Origin: Owenia fusiformis
Taxonomy: Eukaryota
Reading direction: 5' to 3'
Assembly (NCBI GenBank): GCA_903813345.2
Contig: CAIIXF020000001.1
Span: forward strand, 27,776,001-27,840,000
DNA: 64,000 nt
Under the pieces are notes generated by a model. That model saw only the letters and a program-made list of their open reading frames with translations, was not told the origin of the DNA and did not search any database. This document shows positions 39,236-54,100 of this stretch, in pieces (the stretch's first letter is position 1; each line of letters opens with the position of its first letter). The translations under genes and the position numbers were made by a program.

Positions 39236-40944
39236 TATATCTTCTCCCATCTTCTCTCATAGATACATTATGTTTTATTCATTGTCTGTGTCAATATACT
39301 TATTCTTTGAACTAAATCATGATCGACTACATTGATGCATGCTACACAGGATACGACTTATAGAAAAATAATGTAAAGAAATCTGGACCTTATCAAAAAT
39401 TGAAGTTATGTTTGCATATGGAAAATACAATGCTGTCATTGTGGACAGATCGCTTTGAGAACCATACACTTTCCTTTCGTTTGACTTAGCTCTTAAAAGA
39501 GAGCTTCGTCTAGTTTAAAACCAGACTCTGAGAAAGAGTGATTGATGCATTCCGTCAAACTCCACGAAGATTATTTAATTTGAATTGCTTTGATTGGGAT
39601 CTATGGGTTACTAAATACTAACTGCACTTATATAATAATCATTGAACCACAGTGCGGATGTCCTATTTAGGTTTATAGATTGAAATAGACACATTTTTAA
39701 TGTCTTCAAAAGTAACGTTTTTTAAATCTTGAATAAATTACTGGGTGATTATAACCAAGTAACCGCGTTAAATGTCGTAGATATCAGTCAAACTCATATT
39801 TTAAGTGGCATATTGTCGGAGTGGTATCTGATCGGAGATTAATGATAATCTATAGTTCAAGCCAACCGACTCATATTTGTAATTTATTGTCTGTATTTAA
39901 ATGATGGATAGGTTTTATCTATAACTAAGAAAATCTGGAGTCTGTTGCTTTTGCCTGTTTTCTTTATTCTTACTTTCTTCCTCCCTCCTACCCAAATTTC
40001 TCACCAACTAAAACAGCTTACTTAAATCAACTTACATGGTTAACAAGGGAATCTTCCTGGGTTTCTGTTAAATTAGGTCAAATTTCTATCTAGGTCAAAG
40101 GTCAAATCAGTTTTCTCAGTTGTCCTTCAACATTTTTGCTCCTAGTTTTTTCATCATGTTTCTTGGGAAAAAATCAAGTCCGAAAGGCAAGTCATTTTTG
40201 ATTACCTTTACCGTTTTAGAAATTAGTGTTAAAAAGTAGGTCAACAAAAAAGTTATGAAATCGCTATTTTGGTATCCGATGTTAAGTCAATTGGGCTGAA
40301 GAAATTGGTGAATTATAGAAAAACGAGATTCAGACTGGATACAATAGAAGTTGACATCAAAATCTTCTTTGCTTTAAAATTTGGACACAAAAAGGCCTAA
40401 GTCAAAATCTAGGTCAAATTTATAGTTTTTCCTAATTTTTAGTTAAAATAAATTTTTAATTTTGTATTCGCGAACGGCTAGCGGCTACCGGGTGTATTCC
40501 GGTAGCTGCAATCTATCGCATCAAACCCAACCGCTGACCTAAATAACGGGTGAATCTGTCGTTTTAGCAGAAAGTAACAAGACCTACGGTCTATTTGCTT
40601 ATTCAGGTTGTCGTTATTTCAACTTCAAAATGATGGGTCAATTTATGAAATTAATAGGCGAGCCTGGAAGCTGACAGTCGAAAGTTGCATTTGCGAATAC
40701 AAGCTAAGGCAGACTCTATGGAAAGCTTCTCCATCACCGATTCTTCTTTTAGTTATATTTAATCTGTTATGCAGATCGGCGCAGCCTTGTGGCACACCAT
40801 CTAAATATTGTGTTAAGATTTATGTAAACATATCGAGAATAAGAACACATAAACACGACTGAGATAAACATTTCAGGAGTTGATTGATGCCCATAAATCT
40901 ATGTCACTAATGTTTGCAAAATTAATCCAATATTTTGATCAATT

Positions 40945-41066
40945 ATATAAATACTACGACAATGTCGTTAGGTCTTCGCTGTTCCATTTCTTCTTGACCT
41001 AATCGGACACTCCATAAGAAACTCAAGAAATATACCACCGAGAACTTCATTCAAGAGATACGCTAG
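40945..41066 (+). promoter_or_regulatory. Candidate TATA box and non-coding first exon of the VWA gene
   Basis: TATATAAATA at ~40944-40953 and donor TAG|gtaaga at 41067, upstream of the acceptor (41491-41492) immediately before the ATG. Confidence 0.4.
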
Positions 41067-41494
41067 GTAAGAAGTTTTCTTTAGAGTAGAACATTTGTTA
41101 ATTGATTGAAAATTATTTTAAAGGTATGTTGGAAATGCAAGGACTTGTTCATAGTTTTACATCATTGATAACAAAAATTGTGAAAACTTTATTTCCCTTC
41201 CAATATCACTTTAATATTGGAATAAAAAAGTAACACTATAGATCAAATAACGCACAAGTTAAAAAACTGCTTTTGTGTTTGCTTAGAATAAATAAATCAA
41301 GATTTTTTTTAGAAAAATTATTATTATACCAGGTATTTATGCAATTACTATATTCAGAAAATCTTGATCTTAATGAAATGGTTAATCGGCTATGTTAAAC
41401 ATATTTTGACTATGCTTGTCCATGTGTAATAAATGTGTAAAGTCGTGTACTCCCATGGAGGAAATGGTCACAGGACATTCTTTACTCTTCAGAG

Positions 41495-44400
41495 ATGGGG
41501 ACCTACATTTTCCATGCACTCGCTATGCTGGTATGCGCTTTGGGGACCGATGCTAGACTCACGAAAGCATTCAGTTAGTATAAAAAATGAATAATAATAT
41601 AGAAATGTCTTGTCTCCTACTAGGATCTCTAATCAAGATTTTTATACTACATTGTCCAGAACAGGGCCATGTTGACGCTTTCTCTACAACTGCCATCTAA
41701 AAGTCACAATATGTGTAAAAAAGAATGATATAACAAATCAAGTTGTTTACGGACATATATGCAATTTATTTTTTGAAGCGTGTGTCAAAAAGTGATCCTG
41801 AATTTGCCTGACACATCCCTGAAAACGTTCTTAGTGTAAACGTTATGGCAAATTATAAATTTATTTCAGACAGATTGGGGCAATTTACATTCAGCGATGT
41901 CTTGAATGATATGAGCGACCGTGGTGTAGGTGAGTAGAACGGAGACCTTGTCACGGGCTCTTCGCAAGATTTGCGTTTGCGTTGCGTCTTATTACAGGCT
42001 TGTCGCAACGCAGATCGCATTTAGTAAATGGTAGTTTACCGCATGCGATCGCAAAAATGTAGACTCCAACTAAATTAGCGGAAAATCAAATTAATAATGT
42101 GTCACTCAATTTGATTGGTTTGATATTGACAGAAAGTGACAAGATCACTATGTATTCTAACTTTAGAATCAGTTTTATCACGCCTTACCATCAACAAAAT
42201 ATACCGTTACATACTATTTAGCTGTACGTTGTCATATGTTAACGATTCGAAGCAAAAACAGTGAGGTTAATTTAAAAGATTTATCTGAGAAAAATGTTGA
42301 AGTGTTTTCTCCTGACAAGACTTCTAACCTTCTAGTTAGCAGGTTAACAGTGTTCTAAGTAATTCCGACCACATAATTGGCCGATTGAAAAATGTTGGTT
42401 ATGTTCACATTTTCATTATTCATTTTTTCCCTAGCGTCTGAGTGTCGATTATTTTTTATGAGAATATGCTTCTATAACTACACAATTTAGGACGGAGGAA
42501 GATGGAATATAAATTCTATTGACGTTTTGAATTGGCTAATCTAAAAGATGAGAATTGTACGTTATCAACTCGAGTAAACGTTACATATTTAAATGCAATT
42601 AACGAGATGCAATATAATTTAATTTCAAAATACATAAGGGGCATTAATGAGTATCAATTGTTCTTCAAATCACGTGTTCAAGTATCTCTAGTACAGGTGG
42701 TGTTTTTTGTAAATATTTTGGTTACTGCCATATTTTGGCGATTATTTGTAATATTTCCGTATTTTACGTGTTTTACACTCAAAGACAGAGCCAACAATCC
42801 TCATTGGAGGAGCCATTAGCGGGTTAACTAAGAATATTTTATTCGTCGATGTTTTACATTATATATTGGCCAGACAAATGACAGACAGTTAAATGCTATT
42901 TTATGTACAAAACGTGTTGGTGTGATGATTAGTATGTGAGAATGGGATGTTAATGCTATATCTGAAAGGTCAAAAAAGTTCTAGGTTTACTCAAGATAAA
43001 ATAACATAATTGTTCAAACCAAGATTTCCCTAATAATTGTTAAATATAAGATCGATTGAGTTCATACCTTTTTTTGTCAAAAGAACGCATGAATAATTTC
43101 AGTACACAAGATTATTTCTGAAAAGCCCCGACAGTTTGGGGGAATTCTGAAGATAGCATTGGGGGATGCCGAACATAAGATTTAAGCAGCTGCCTATATG
43201 TCAAACTCGGCAAATGTCGTTTATATTGGTCTCATATGCTTAGAAAAATTCGCGGTCCCAAGATGATCCATTATAATCATTCCTAGAAAGGGGTAAATGT
43301 CAGGCTATGGACTACAAAAGATTTGATCATATTGGGGACAAGTTTGTGGATAGTTATTACATCTCAACTCGTCCTAAATTGTGTAGTTAGAGAAGCATAT
43401 TCTTATAAAAATAAGCGACACTCTCAGATGTTGGAGGGACGTACTGTAAGGAAACATTGTCATGATTTTAAAAGATCGCGAGTGGGGACATTCGAAACCG
43501 GATAATTAATTATAATATTTGGGGGATTTGTTTGCTTGATTGTTTGAATGTGTTATTCTTTTTTCAGAATGCACTTCTGGTACACGATACAAGTATGCCG
43601 AAACATCGTGTTCTTATTTAGAGTGCTTTGATAGCAAATATGAATTGGTGAGATGCCCGGATGGACAGGGAGTCTCTGACAAATTTGAAAACACACTCAC
43701 ATCTCAGACATTACCTTGCTCCAAACCACTTCCGTATTGTAGATTATCATTAGCGGAAAAGGGTTTACGTAAGTCAAAATCTGTATGGTGAACCAAATAT
43801 TCTTACTCCTGTTTCACGTTTAAATTGATAACTACATGTACCATATTTGTTTAATTTTTTAAGGAGTCCAATTCCGAAAACTATCGGACGATACTGTTAG
43901 ATTTTGGATCATGGCCTATATACTATTATAAAGATGAAAGATGTGTACATTCGTTTATTTCAGCAATTTCAGTAACAGAGGTTTGTGGCATTGATCTAAA
44001 TTTTGTCGTCGACATGTCATTTTCCATCAGTGACGTTAACAAAATGAAAGTTCGGTCCTTTATCTTGAATCTTGTGAAAAAACTTAAGCTGGGACCTGCA
44101 TTTACATTGCTATCAGGATCGACGTATGGGGCTTCAACTCACTCGTTTCTGGAATTCAGCACGTACAACGCTGGAAGCTCAGTAAGTTTATCAGCTGTCT
44201 GATCGGTTTGAAGAAAAAGATAATGTATGTATTACCACCTTGCCGGGCCTGTTTTAGGTAGTAATGCTTAGTTTGGAAGGATTTTATCTTATGATATTGA
44301 CCTGAGCAATATGTGTAGTCACAATGGCGGGCCAAAGTGGCGGGCCAATATCGGATTTACAGCCCGGCAATGTTCCCCGGGAAAGGAAACTAGATATCAT

Positions 44401-45944
44401 TAAAGGTGCAACAATTACTGTAGGGGGGGGGGGGGCATTCAATGACCATCGACCAGTTTCAAAATATATGTTTGAATATTTCATCAAGACTAACATATAT
44501 TTTCATAACCTACAAAGAAACCTCCTGGATGAACATTATTTCAGCTATAGCTGATATTCCTCTTGAAACGTGGTGAATCTTACAAATCGATAAGTGGGAC
44601 TCCCATAGAAACAGAATTTAGACTTCTTAATGCTGAAATTAATAGTTAATCAATACATTTTAAGAAAATAGGTATGTCAAAGAAGGTGTAAAGCCATTTA
44701 TTGACCTGATAGCTCAGAAAAAATGAAAAAATTTCTCTCTACAGTCCTTGTTGCCCCTTTAATTGCCAACTGTAATTGCGTATAATTTTTGTTCAGTGGC
44801 AGTCCGTTCTTGCTATTTCAGCCCTGGGCATAAATGGTAGTAATAATACTAGCCAAGATTTGCCAAGGAGTTAATTTCTTTAAAAAAAGGAGGGGGTCTA
44901 TTTTGCCAACTTTGGCCCAAAATGGCCAAAATCACTCAGAATGGTGAGAAACAGCTTCATTTTGTAAGAATCGAACCCCCGCTGGCTCCCCCTAGCTACG
45001 GGCCTGACGGTCAATCTCTAAATGTAAAAAGCAACAGAAAACGTGAAATGATTCTGCAGCCTTGGTGAAATATTGATGTTTGGTTGAAATCTAGCCATAT
45101 CCTTATAATTTTCTCCAAAGCCTGCCAATCTTCTTGCAAATATGATTCTATTAGTGTATATATCTGTAATTTCTGTTATGTAGATGATAAAGGCAATAAA
45201 AAATATGGAGACACTTCCAAAGAAAGGTACATCTACATACCTCGCTTTAAAAGAGGCTAGAGAAGTACATTTAACAACTTCAAAAGGACGAAGGAAAGAT
45301 AAAAAAGTAAGATTTGCTTCGTATTCTTCTTGATAGCATATATTTATAGAAAAGTTTTTCATCCAACATCTGTTGATTGCCATTCTAATATTTTCTCTAT
45401 ATATCGATAAACCTTGCCATCAAAATTTCAAAAAACGCGAATCATCCGTTCAACTTTTAGATTCAAGGGCAGACGATAACCAACATCTGATATTATTTTT
45501 GGCACGCAGGGTGAATTACATGACGGCCATTCATTTTTCGATAAATCTTTTAGATGCATGTTTAATTTTAGGCTATTTTACTATGTGACACACTAAAAGT
45601 TTTACTTTTAGGCTGTGGTTATGGTGATGACTGATGGCGTTACTAACCCACTTGACAAGTCACCTACTACTATAGCGGAAGCCAAGAGACTGAAAGACCC
45701 AAAGAGCTACGAACCAGGAGTTTCTGCACCTACGGTAGTTTTATTAGTGCTTCCCAATTCGAAAGGAGAGAAAGGAAGAGGGGTGTCACGAGCTGAATTG
45801 GAAAAATTGAGAGTCACAAGAGAGAAAGAATTCGCAGCGATCCCATCAGAGGGGAAAGAAAACCGATACAATCTCGACAGTTTTGATCAGCTTGAAGAGG
45901 TCATAAATCCAATCCTGCAATCGTCATGCAAAGCAGTAGAGTAA
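41495..45944 (+). CDS. Secreted protein with six-Cys chitin-binding (peritrophin-A/CBM14)-like module and a von Willebrand factor A domain, ~337 aa
   Basis: Exons 41495-41573, 41870-41929, 43568-43768, 43964-44181, 45184-45306, 45612-45944, all GT-AG and in phase. Signal-peptide-like MGTYIFHALAMLVCALGTDA; C-x12-C-x4-C-x9-C-x20-C-x6-C; VWA motifs DLNFVVDMSFS (MIDAS DxSxS), GTSTYLAL, VMVMTDG. The VWA call is strong; chitin binding is tentative. Confidence 0.8.
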
Positions 45945-46990
45945 TACTGTAATTTCACTGCAATCAAGAAATATCGATTTATAATGTAATAATTTTACCT
46001 CAATGTGATCGCATAGATCTAGAATATATAACAATGAATTGTAGGCCTAACTTCCCAAATTCTCTCGTTATGTAGATTTTATACCGCTGATGAATTTAAG
46101 TACATCTAGGCCTAGTAGGTATTTTAACCATGGACGTATACCAACTAAAAGAACGATAAGGAGATAAAATGATTTAATATTCGCGAAAATATTGATGTTT
46201 GCAATATATGTGCTGTACACACTTCAATTGAATTCAGAAGTAAAATGAATGTGCTTTCAAAGTTCAAACTTAATTGCACAAGAACTCTTTCCAATGTTAT
46301 TAGGAGAATTATTTGTTAGAATTGTGAAAAATCAACAATTCCAACGATTTCCCTCATTTTAACACATTTTCATATTTTTATATTATTTAATCAAACAGGA
46401 CCTAAAGTGTTATTCTATACCAATTATCAGGCTACGTTACAAAGAACATAACAGTAATTCAAGAAAAGCAATGGCTTGTGGCCGCAGTACAGTTTATTGC
46501 AATGTGATGTAATTCAGGTACATGCAAACATGGACAGTAACACAATACGTAGGCGAGACACGCTGTTTTAAAAGAACGAGTTGCACGCAAGACATTAGAC
46601 ACTTATGAATATTCCATTAAAATGGACTCCTTCTGCAAAATTAGTTCTAATTAAGTCGATTGATTTTCGGAGTTGTTTACACCATTAAAACCTCAAAATT
46701 TTGAGGAGCTCTTAATTGCAAGGCCTAAAAGGTATGCAACAACTCTTGGACCTATCGACTGTGTGATATAAAGTCTAGTAATGAAAGGAATTTACCTTGC
46801 GGAGCCAAGAGCCAGAATGATGTGTACAAACCTAACAACACAACTCACTAAACAGCTAATAACAATGCAGCTCGCAGCTGGATCAAAATCGTGTTCGATT
46901 TTCACGACAAATACATGTACTACACCCCACAATAACTATAGAAATTATTTATATTCTAAATTCGTAAACTCTACCGAATATAAATTACAA

Positions 46991-49900
46991 GTATAGACAT
47001 AATGCTGTATTTTCATTGTAATAAACTTAATTACATTGTTAGTATACACGATGCTGTATTTTCAGTGTAATAAACTTTATTACATTGTTAGTAGACATGA
47101 TGCTGTATTTTCAGTGTAATAAACTTTATTACATTGTTAGTAGACATAATGCTGTATTTTCATTGTAATAAACTTTATTACATTGATAGTAGACACGATG
47201 CTGTATTTTCAGTGTAATAAACTTTATTACATTGATAGTAGACACGATGCTGTATTTTCAGTGTAATAAACTTTATTACATTGTTAGTAGACACGATGCT
47301 GTATTTTCAGTGTAATAAACTTTATTACATTGTTAGTAGACACGATGCTGTATTTTCAGTGTAATAAACTTTATTACATTGTTAGTAGACATAATGCTGT
47401 ATTTTCATTGTAATAAACTTTATTACATTGTTAGTAGACACGATGCTGTATTTTCAGTGTAATAAACTCTATTACATTGTTAGTAGACACGATGCTGTAT
47501 TTTCAGTGTAATAAACTTTATTACATTGTTAGTAGACATAATGCTGTATTTTCATTGTAATAAACTTTATTACATTGATAGTAGACACGATGCTGTATTT
47601 TCAGTGTAATAAATTTTATTACATTGTTAGTAGACACGATGCTGAATTTTCAGTGTAATATACTTTATTACATTGTTAGTAGACACGATGCTGTATTTTC
47701 AGTGTAATAAACTTTATTACATTGTTAGTAGACACGATGCTGTATTTTCAGTGTAATAAACTTTATTACATTGTTAGTAGACACGATGCTGTATTTTCAG
47801 TGTAATAAACTTTATTACATTGTTAGTAGACACGATGTTGTATTTTCAGTGTAATAAACTTTATTACATTGTTAGTAGACACGATGCTGTATTTTCAGTG
47901 TAATAAACTTTATTACATTGTTAGTAGACACGAAGCTGTATTTTCAGTGTAATGAACTTTATTACATTGTTAGTAGACACGATGCTGTATTTTCAGTGTA
48001 ATATACTTTATTACATTGTTAGTAGACACGATGCTGTATTTTCAGTCTAATAAACTTTATTACATTGTTAGTAGACACGATGCTGTATTTTCAGTGTAAT
48101 ATACTTTATTACATTGTTAGTAGACACGATGCTGTATTTTCAGTGTAATAAACTTTATTACATTGTTAGTAGACATGATGCTGTATTTTCAGTGTAATAA
48201 ACTTTATTACATTGTTAGTAGACATGATGCTGTATTCTCAGTGTAATAAACTTTATTACATTATTAGTAGACATGATGCTGTATTTTCAGTGTAATAAAC
48301 TTTATTACATTGTTAGTAGACATGATATGCTATATTTTCAGTGTAATAAACTTTATTACATTGTTAGTAGACATGATGCTGTATTTTCAGTGTAATAAAC
48401 TTTATTACATTGTTAGTAGACATGATATGCTGTATTTTCAGTGTAATAAACTTTATTACATTGTTAGTAGACACGATGCTGAATTTTCAGTGTAATATAC
48501 TTTATTACATTGTTAGTAGACACGATGCGGTATTTTCAGTGTAATAAACTTTATTACATTGTTAGTAGACACGATGCTGTATTTTCAGTGTAATAAACTT
48601 TATTACATTGTTAGTAGACACGATGCTGTATTTTCAGTGTGATAAACTTTATTACATTGTTAGTAGACACGATGCTGTATTTTCAGTGTGATAAACTTTA
48701 TTACATTGTTAGTAGACACGATGCTGTATTTTCAGTGTGATAAACTTTATTACATTGTTAGTAGACACGAAGTTGTATTTTCAGTGTAATAAACTTTATT
48801 ACATTGTTAGTAGACACGATGCTGTATTTTCAGTGTAATAAACTTTATTACATTGTTAGTAGACATGATATGCTATATTTTCAGTGTAATAAACTTTATT
48901 ACATTGTTAGTAGACATGATGCTGTATTTTCAGTGTAATAAACTTTATTACATTGTTAGTAGACATGATATGCTGTATTTTCAGTGTAATAAACTTTATT
49001 ACATTGTTAGTAGACACGATGCTGAATTTTCAGTGTAATATACTTTATTACATTGTTAGTAGACACGATGCGGTATTTTCAGTGTAATAAACTTTATTAC
49101 ATTGTTAGTAGACACGATGCTGTATTTTCAGTGTAATAAACTTTATTACATTGTTAGTAGACACGATGCTGTATTTTCAGTGTGATAAACTTTATTACAT
49201 TGTTAGTAGACACGATGCTGTATTTTCAGTGTGATAAACTTTATTACATTGTTAGTAGACACGATGCTGTATTTTCAGTGTGATAAACTTTATTACATTG
49301 TTAGTAGACACGAAGTTGTATTTTCAGTGTAATAAACTTTATTACATTGTTAGTAGACACGATGCTGTATTTTCAGTGTAATAAACTTTATTACATTATA
49401 GACACGATGCTGTATTTTCAGTGTGATAAACTTTATTACATTGTTAGTAGACACGATGCTGTATTTTCAGTGTAATAAACTTTATTACATTGTTAGTAGA
49501 CATGATGCTGTATTTTCAGTGTAATGAACTTTATTACATTGTTAGTAGACACGATGCTGTATTTTCAGTGTAATATACTTTATTACATTGTTAGTAGACA
49601 CGATGCTGTATTTTCAGTCTAATAAACTTTATTACATTGTTAGTAGACACGATGCTGTATTTTCAGTGTAATATACTTTATTACATTGTTAGTAGACACG
49701 ATGCTGTATTTTCAGTGTAATAAACTTTATTACATTGTTAGTAGACATGATGCTGTATTTTCAGTGTAATAAACTTTATTACATTGTTAGTAGACATGAT
49801 GCTGTATTCTCAGTGTAATAAACTTTATTACATTATTAGTAGACATGATGCTGTATTTTCAGTGTAATAAACTTTATTACATTGTTAGTAGACATGATAT

Positions 49901-50437
49901 GCTGTATTTTCAGTGTAATAAACTTTATTACATTGTTAGTAGACATGATGCTGTATTTTCAGTGTAATAAACTTTATTACATTGTTAGTAGACATGATGC
50001 TGTATTCTCAGTGTAATAAACTTTATTACATTGTTAGTAGACATGATGCTGTATTCTCAGTGTAATAAACTTTATTACATTGTTAGTAGACATGATATGC
50101 TGTATTTTCAGTGTAATAAACTTTATTACATTGTTAGTAGACATGATGCTGTATTCTCAGTGTAATAAACTTTATTACATTGTTAGTAGACATGATATGC
50201 TGTATTTTCAGTGTAATAAACTTTATTACATTGTTAGTAGACATGATATGCTGTATTTTCAGTGTAATAAACTTTATTACATTGTTAGTAGACATGATGC
50301 TGTATTCTCAGTGTAATAAACTTTATTACATTGTTAGTAGACATGATATTCTGTATTTTCAGTGTAATAAACTTTATTACATTCACTGTTAGTAGACATG
50401 ATATGCTGTATTTTCAGTGTAATAAACCTTATTACAT
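46991..50437. repeat. Satellite/minisatellite array, 49-bp unit (51-bp variant), about 70 copies
   Basis: AGTAGACACGATGCTGTATTTTCAGTGTAATAAACTTTATTACATTGTT repeated head-to-tail with no spacers. Confidence 0.97.
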
Positions 50438-51141
50438 TGATGGCGAAAACACAAATTAACTTACGACAACTTGAAATTGAAATATCGATCATTGAAATGT
50501 CAGGGATTTGTAATATGTTGCAGTTGTCAAGTAATCGGAACATTTAGTAATGGAGATCTTTTCATTTCTCCAAGAATGAATTATTTTCTCATCCAAATTC
50601 CTTCTTAAAAGATCGGGTTGTAATATGACTTCATGCTAAATATCACTATTATTCTCTACCAATAATTAACTATGTCTAAACGAGATAAGTATTTACTCAC
50701 TTATACCATTAAACAACGTTTTATAAGCAATTAACACACGCTTTAAACTTGCCATAAATATTGTTTCTCTTTTTAAATAAATTTTTATATCAGGAATTCA
50801 GGTTCGTAGCATTACAATTACAGTATATACATAATTCAATTAAACAAGATTGTAATGGGGAATTAATAAGTTACAGATTATTTCTGCCAAGAGCACCATC
50901 CGAAATATATATTAATATGTATTGACTTGATATTATAAACCCCTTATAAACACGCTCTAAGTGTGTTGCGAAATCTCTCTGACAATATATGTTATCCCGC
51001 TATCGAAATAATAAAATCAATGAATCGTCTTATATTAAATAAGAGCAAAATGTAGGGCTTCACATTTATAGTAGGCCAATGTGTTTTATTCTAAAATCGA
51101 ACATGTTGAACTAAGATATACAGATATGACTGTGTAACTTC

Positions 51142-54100
51142 TCAACTTTGAACGACACGCTGTTTATGAAATGTTAGATCCACCTTTGTTTTATAAAACA
51201 AGTAATACATGTTGTGCATCATTGTTGGATTAATGTAATGGAAGCCAATTGGATAATCACTGCAGCAATCCATTCCCTGGAAACAAAAAAAACTTAAAGT
51301 TTTTTTACAATTTTTTTTATTTCAAAGAATAAGCATGTTAAAGCAATTGCAAAAAACAATTACAATACAGTTACATGGTAAACATACATTTTACAATTTT
51401 ACAATCGAGTATTGGTTAAACGTTATTCTTTAAGAAATGTTATACCATTGGCAATCTTTTTTAATAGATATTCATGAATGAATAATTTTTTTAAAGCAAG
51501 AGAAATGTATTTCAGAATGGCTGACTACATAGATGATTTCTTTCTGATTATTTGCTTAAGGTAATGTTCAAAAAATGTTCAACTATTGAGCCAAGTGTTG
51601 CATTCAAACTTTTTGACAGTATGGTAACACCAATTTTGCTGTATGGGTCAGAAATTTGGGGCTATTATAATGTAAATTCAATTGAAAAGGTCCAAATAAA
51701 TTTTTGTAAATTTTTATTGAAGTTAAGGGATAATACTCCAAATGCCACAGTACTAGGTGAAGTAGGGAGATACCCTATGGAAATACTTTATAAAGCAAGA
51801 TGTATCAAATTTTGGTTAAAAATTATAATGATGCAAGATACAAGATATCCTAAGCGTGTTTACAGTATGCTATATAATCTAGATGGAGCAGGCAGAGTAA
51901 CCTGGGCAACAAAAATTAAAGAGGTATTGAACAATCTAGGTTTTGGATATGTGTGGTTAGCTCAAGGAGTTGGAAATGAAAATTTATTTTTGTTACATTT
52001 TAAGCAAAGATTAAAAGACTGTGCATATCAAAATTGGTTAACCAGCACACAAAACTCAGCAAAGCTCCAGCATTATTGTATTTATAAGACTAAGTTAGAA
52101 TGTGAAAAATATTTATCTTGTATTAAACATTTCAAGCATAGAAAAGCATTAACACAATTTAGATGTGGAGGTCATAACCTGCAAATTGAGGTAGGACGAT
52201 GGGAAAATATTCCAAGAGAGCTACGTCTTTGTAAATACTGTTTAACAAATGATAAAAACATTGTAGAAGATGAATTCCATTTTATCATAGAATGCCCATT
52301 GTATGAGTTTTTAAGGAATAACTACCTATCAACTCTTGTTCATTATAATATAAATGAATTTTATAAATTAATGTCATCAAACAATGAAGAAATAATTTGT
52401 AGTTTTGCATGTTTTCTTTATCATAGTTTCAAATTAAGATCATTATTTCTATCAGATCTTGAATAATCATAAAAGTAAGTAATATTCATGATGCCATCTA
52501 TAATATGTGTACTGTATACTAACTAAAATGTATATGGGCCTAAGGCCTTAAATATATGAAATAAATACTATACTACATCCATTTGTGAACCAATAGAGTA
52601 AAAGTAGATTTGCCACTCAACGGCCAAGTACATCAAAAATACATTTAAATGCCATTACTGAGCATAGTTCATTAAATCCAGCAGAATTATATAACCATAT
52701 AAAGTAAAAACGCATTTATATTCTAAAGCTGAGCACTCGTCAATTCATTGCTCCTATGATGTAGCATCGAGCCATATCTTATGCCAGTGAAAAAGTACCT
52801 TAAATAGCATTTTACAGGGAGTAGTTTTAGTCTATATTTGAAGGTTTTTCAAAGAAAGTTGTACGTGCTGACGTAAGTTTTTTCATAACATGTGTACATG
52901 TGAAACTTAAATAATTAGTTAAGCACTCCAGAGAGATCAGTAGTAGGCTAGTGATCCTGAATATAAGAAGTAATGAACCGATTAATTAAAAATTATTCTT
53001 TGCTGAAATAGTTACTGAAAATGCTGTTTTAAAAAACTAGGATGGGTAAAAATTGTAGATCATGAAATGCATTTGGATAAATGTTCAGGCATACACCAAT
53101 ATATGACCCATACAGTACATTATGTTGTGATGTGAGACATATGATAATGTTAACAAAATAAAGGAAATCGTTTGTGTTTAGATTGAGAGATAACTTCTTT
53201 ACTTAAAGGGACATTCCTCGCCAGACCATTTCTCTCCTGATATGGTAGCTATACTCAATAAATATACTTTCCACATTTAGCAAAACATGGGAAAATGTTT
53301 TAATATGGTCAATATGGATCATTTAAAAATGTAGTGCTCATTTCCAGTGAGCTGCCATCTTTTAATATTTCACTCAGGAAGTGATGTCATCAACTCTCAA
53401 CTTGTATAACCTTGCCCATAACAGTGTAGGAAAGTAGCACAAAATTACTTCAAGACAAGTGATCCTTAATTTCTGTGCAAAAACATTTTCAGAGCTTGTC
53501 AACTTAGAATAAAAGAAGAGAATTTCAGAAGAATTAAATCAGATACAAAATTGAAAAAGAATATACAGCTGTTTTTGTAATTCTTAATAGCTCCTTCCCT
53601 AATGCTATATGCAAAGTTGAGAGTCGATGACATCACTTCCTGAGTGGAATCTTAAAAGATGGCAGCCTAGTGGAATTGAGTACTACATTTCTAAGTGTTC
53701 AATTTTGACCATATCTAAACATTCTCACTGCTTTGCTAAACATGGCAAGTATACATATGGTTATAGCTACTATATGAGGAGAGAGATGGTTTGGCAAGGA
53801 ATATCCCTTTAAATGTGATAGTCAGGGCCTGAATTCGTCTCCAAGAGGTGTGGGTCCCGGGGTATGACTCCCCAATAACGAACACGACGGGACGAGAGTG
53901 GGCAAAGCTTCTTCAATTTGTCAATATATTTCTTTGATTTAATTTTTGTTCCATGAATTTAAAAAGCTAAAATTCTTAATTTAATTCTAGAAAACATATA
54001 TTTAATCGAATTTTTGATTAAAAGATTAGATTCTTGACAATGCAAATTTCATGCCCCTTGGAAAGCTTCGTACACTCAATCCATTTAGGAGATATAGAAA

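Noticed and set aside
42300..42470. Similarity to 61700-61840 suggesting another dispersed repeat
   Set aside because: Similarity is visible but ends, TSD and class could not be defined, so it was not annotated.
48310..50392. Repeated 61-78-aa ORFs in the ORF track
   Set aside because: By-products of the 49/51-bp satellite, starting at non-ATG codons.
46991..50437. CRISPR-like appearance of palindromic short repeats
   Set aside because: Units are contiguous with no unique spacers, there are no cas genes, and the context is eukaryotic.
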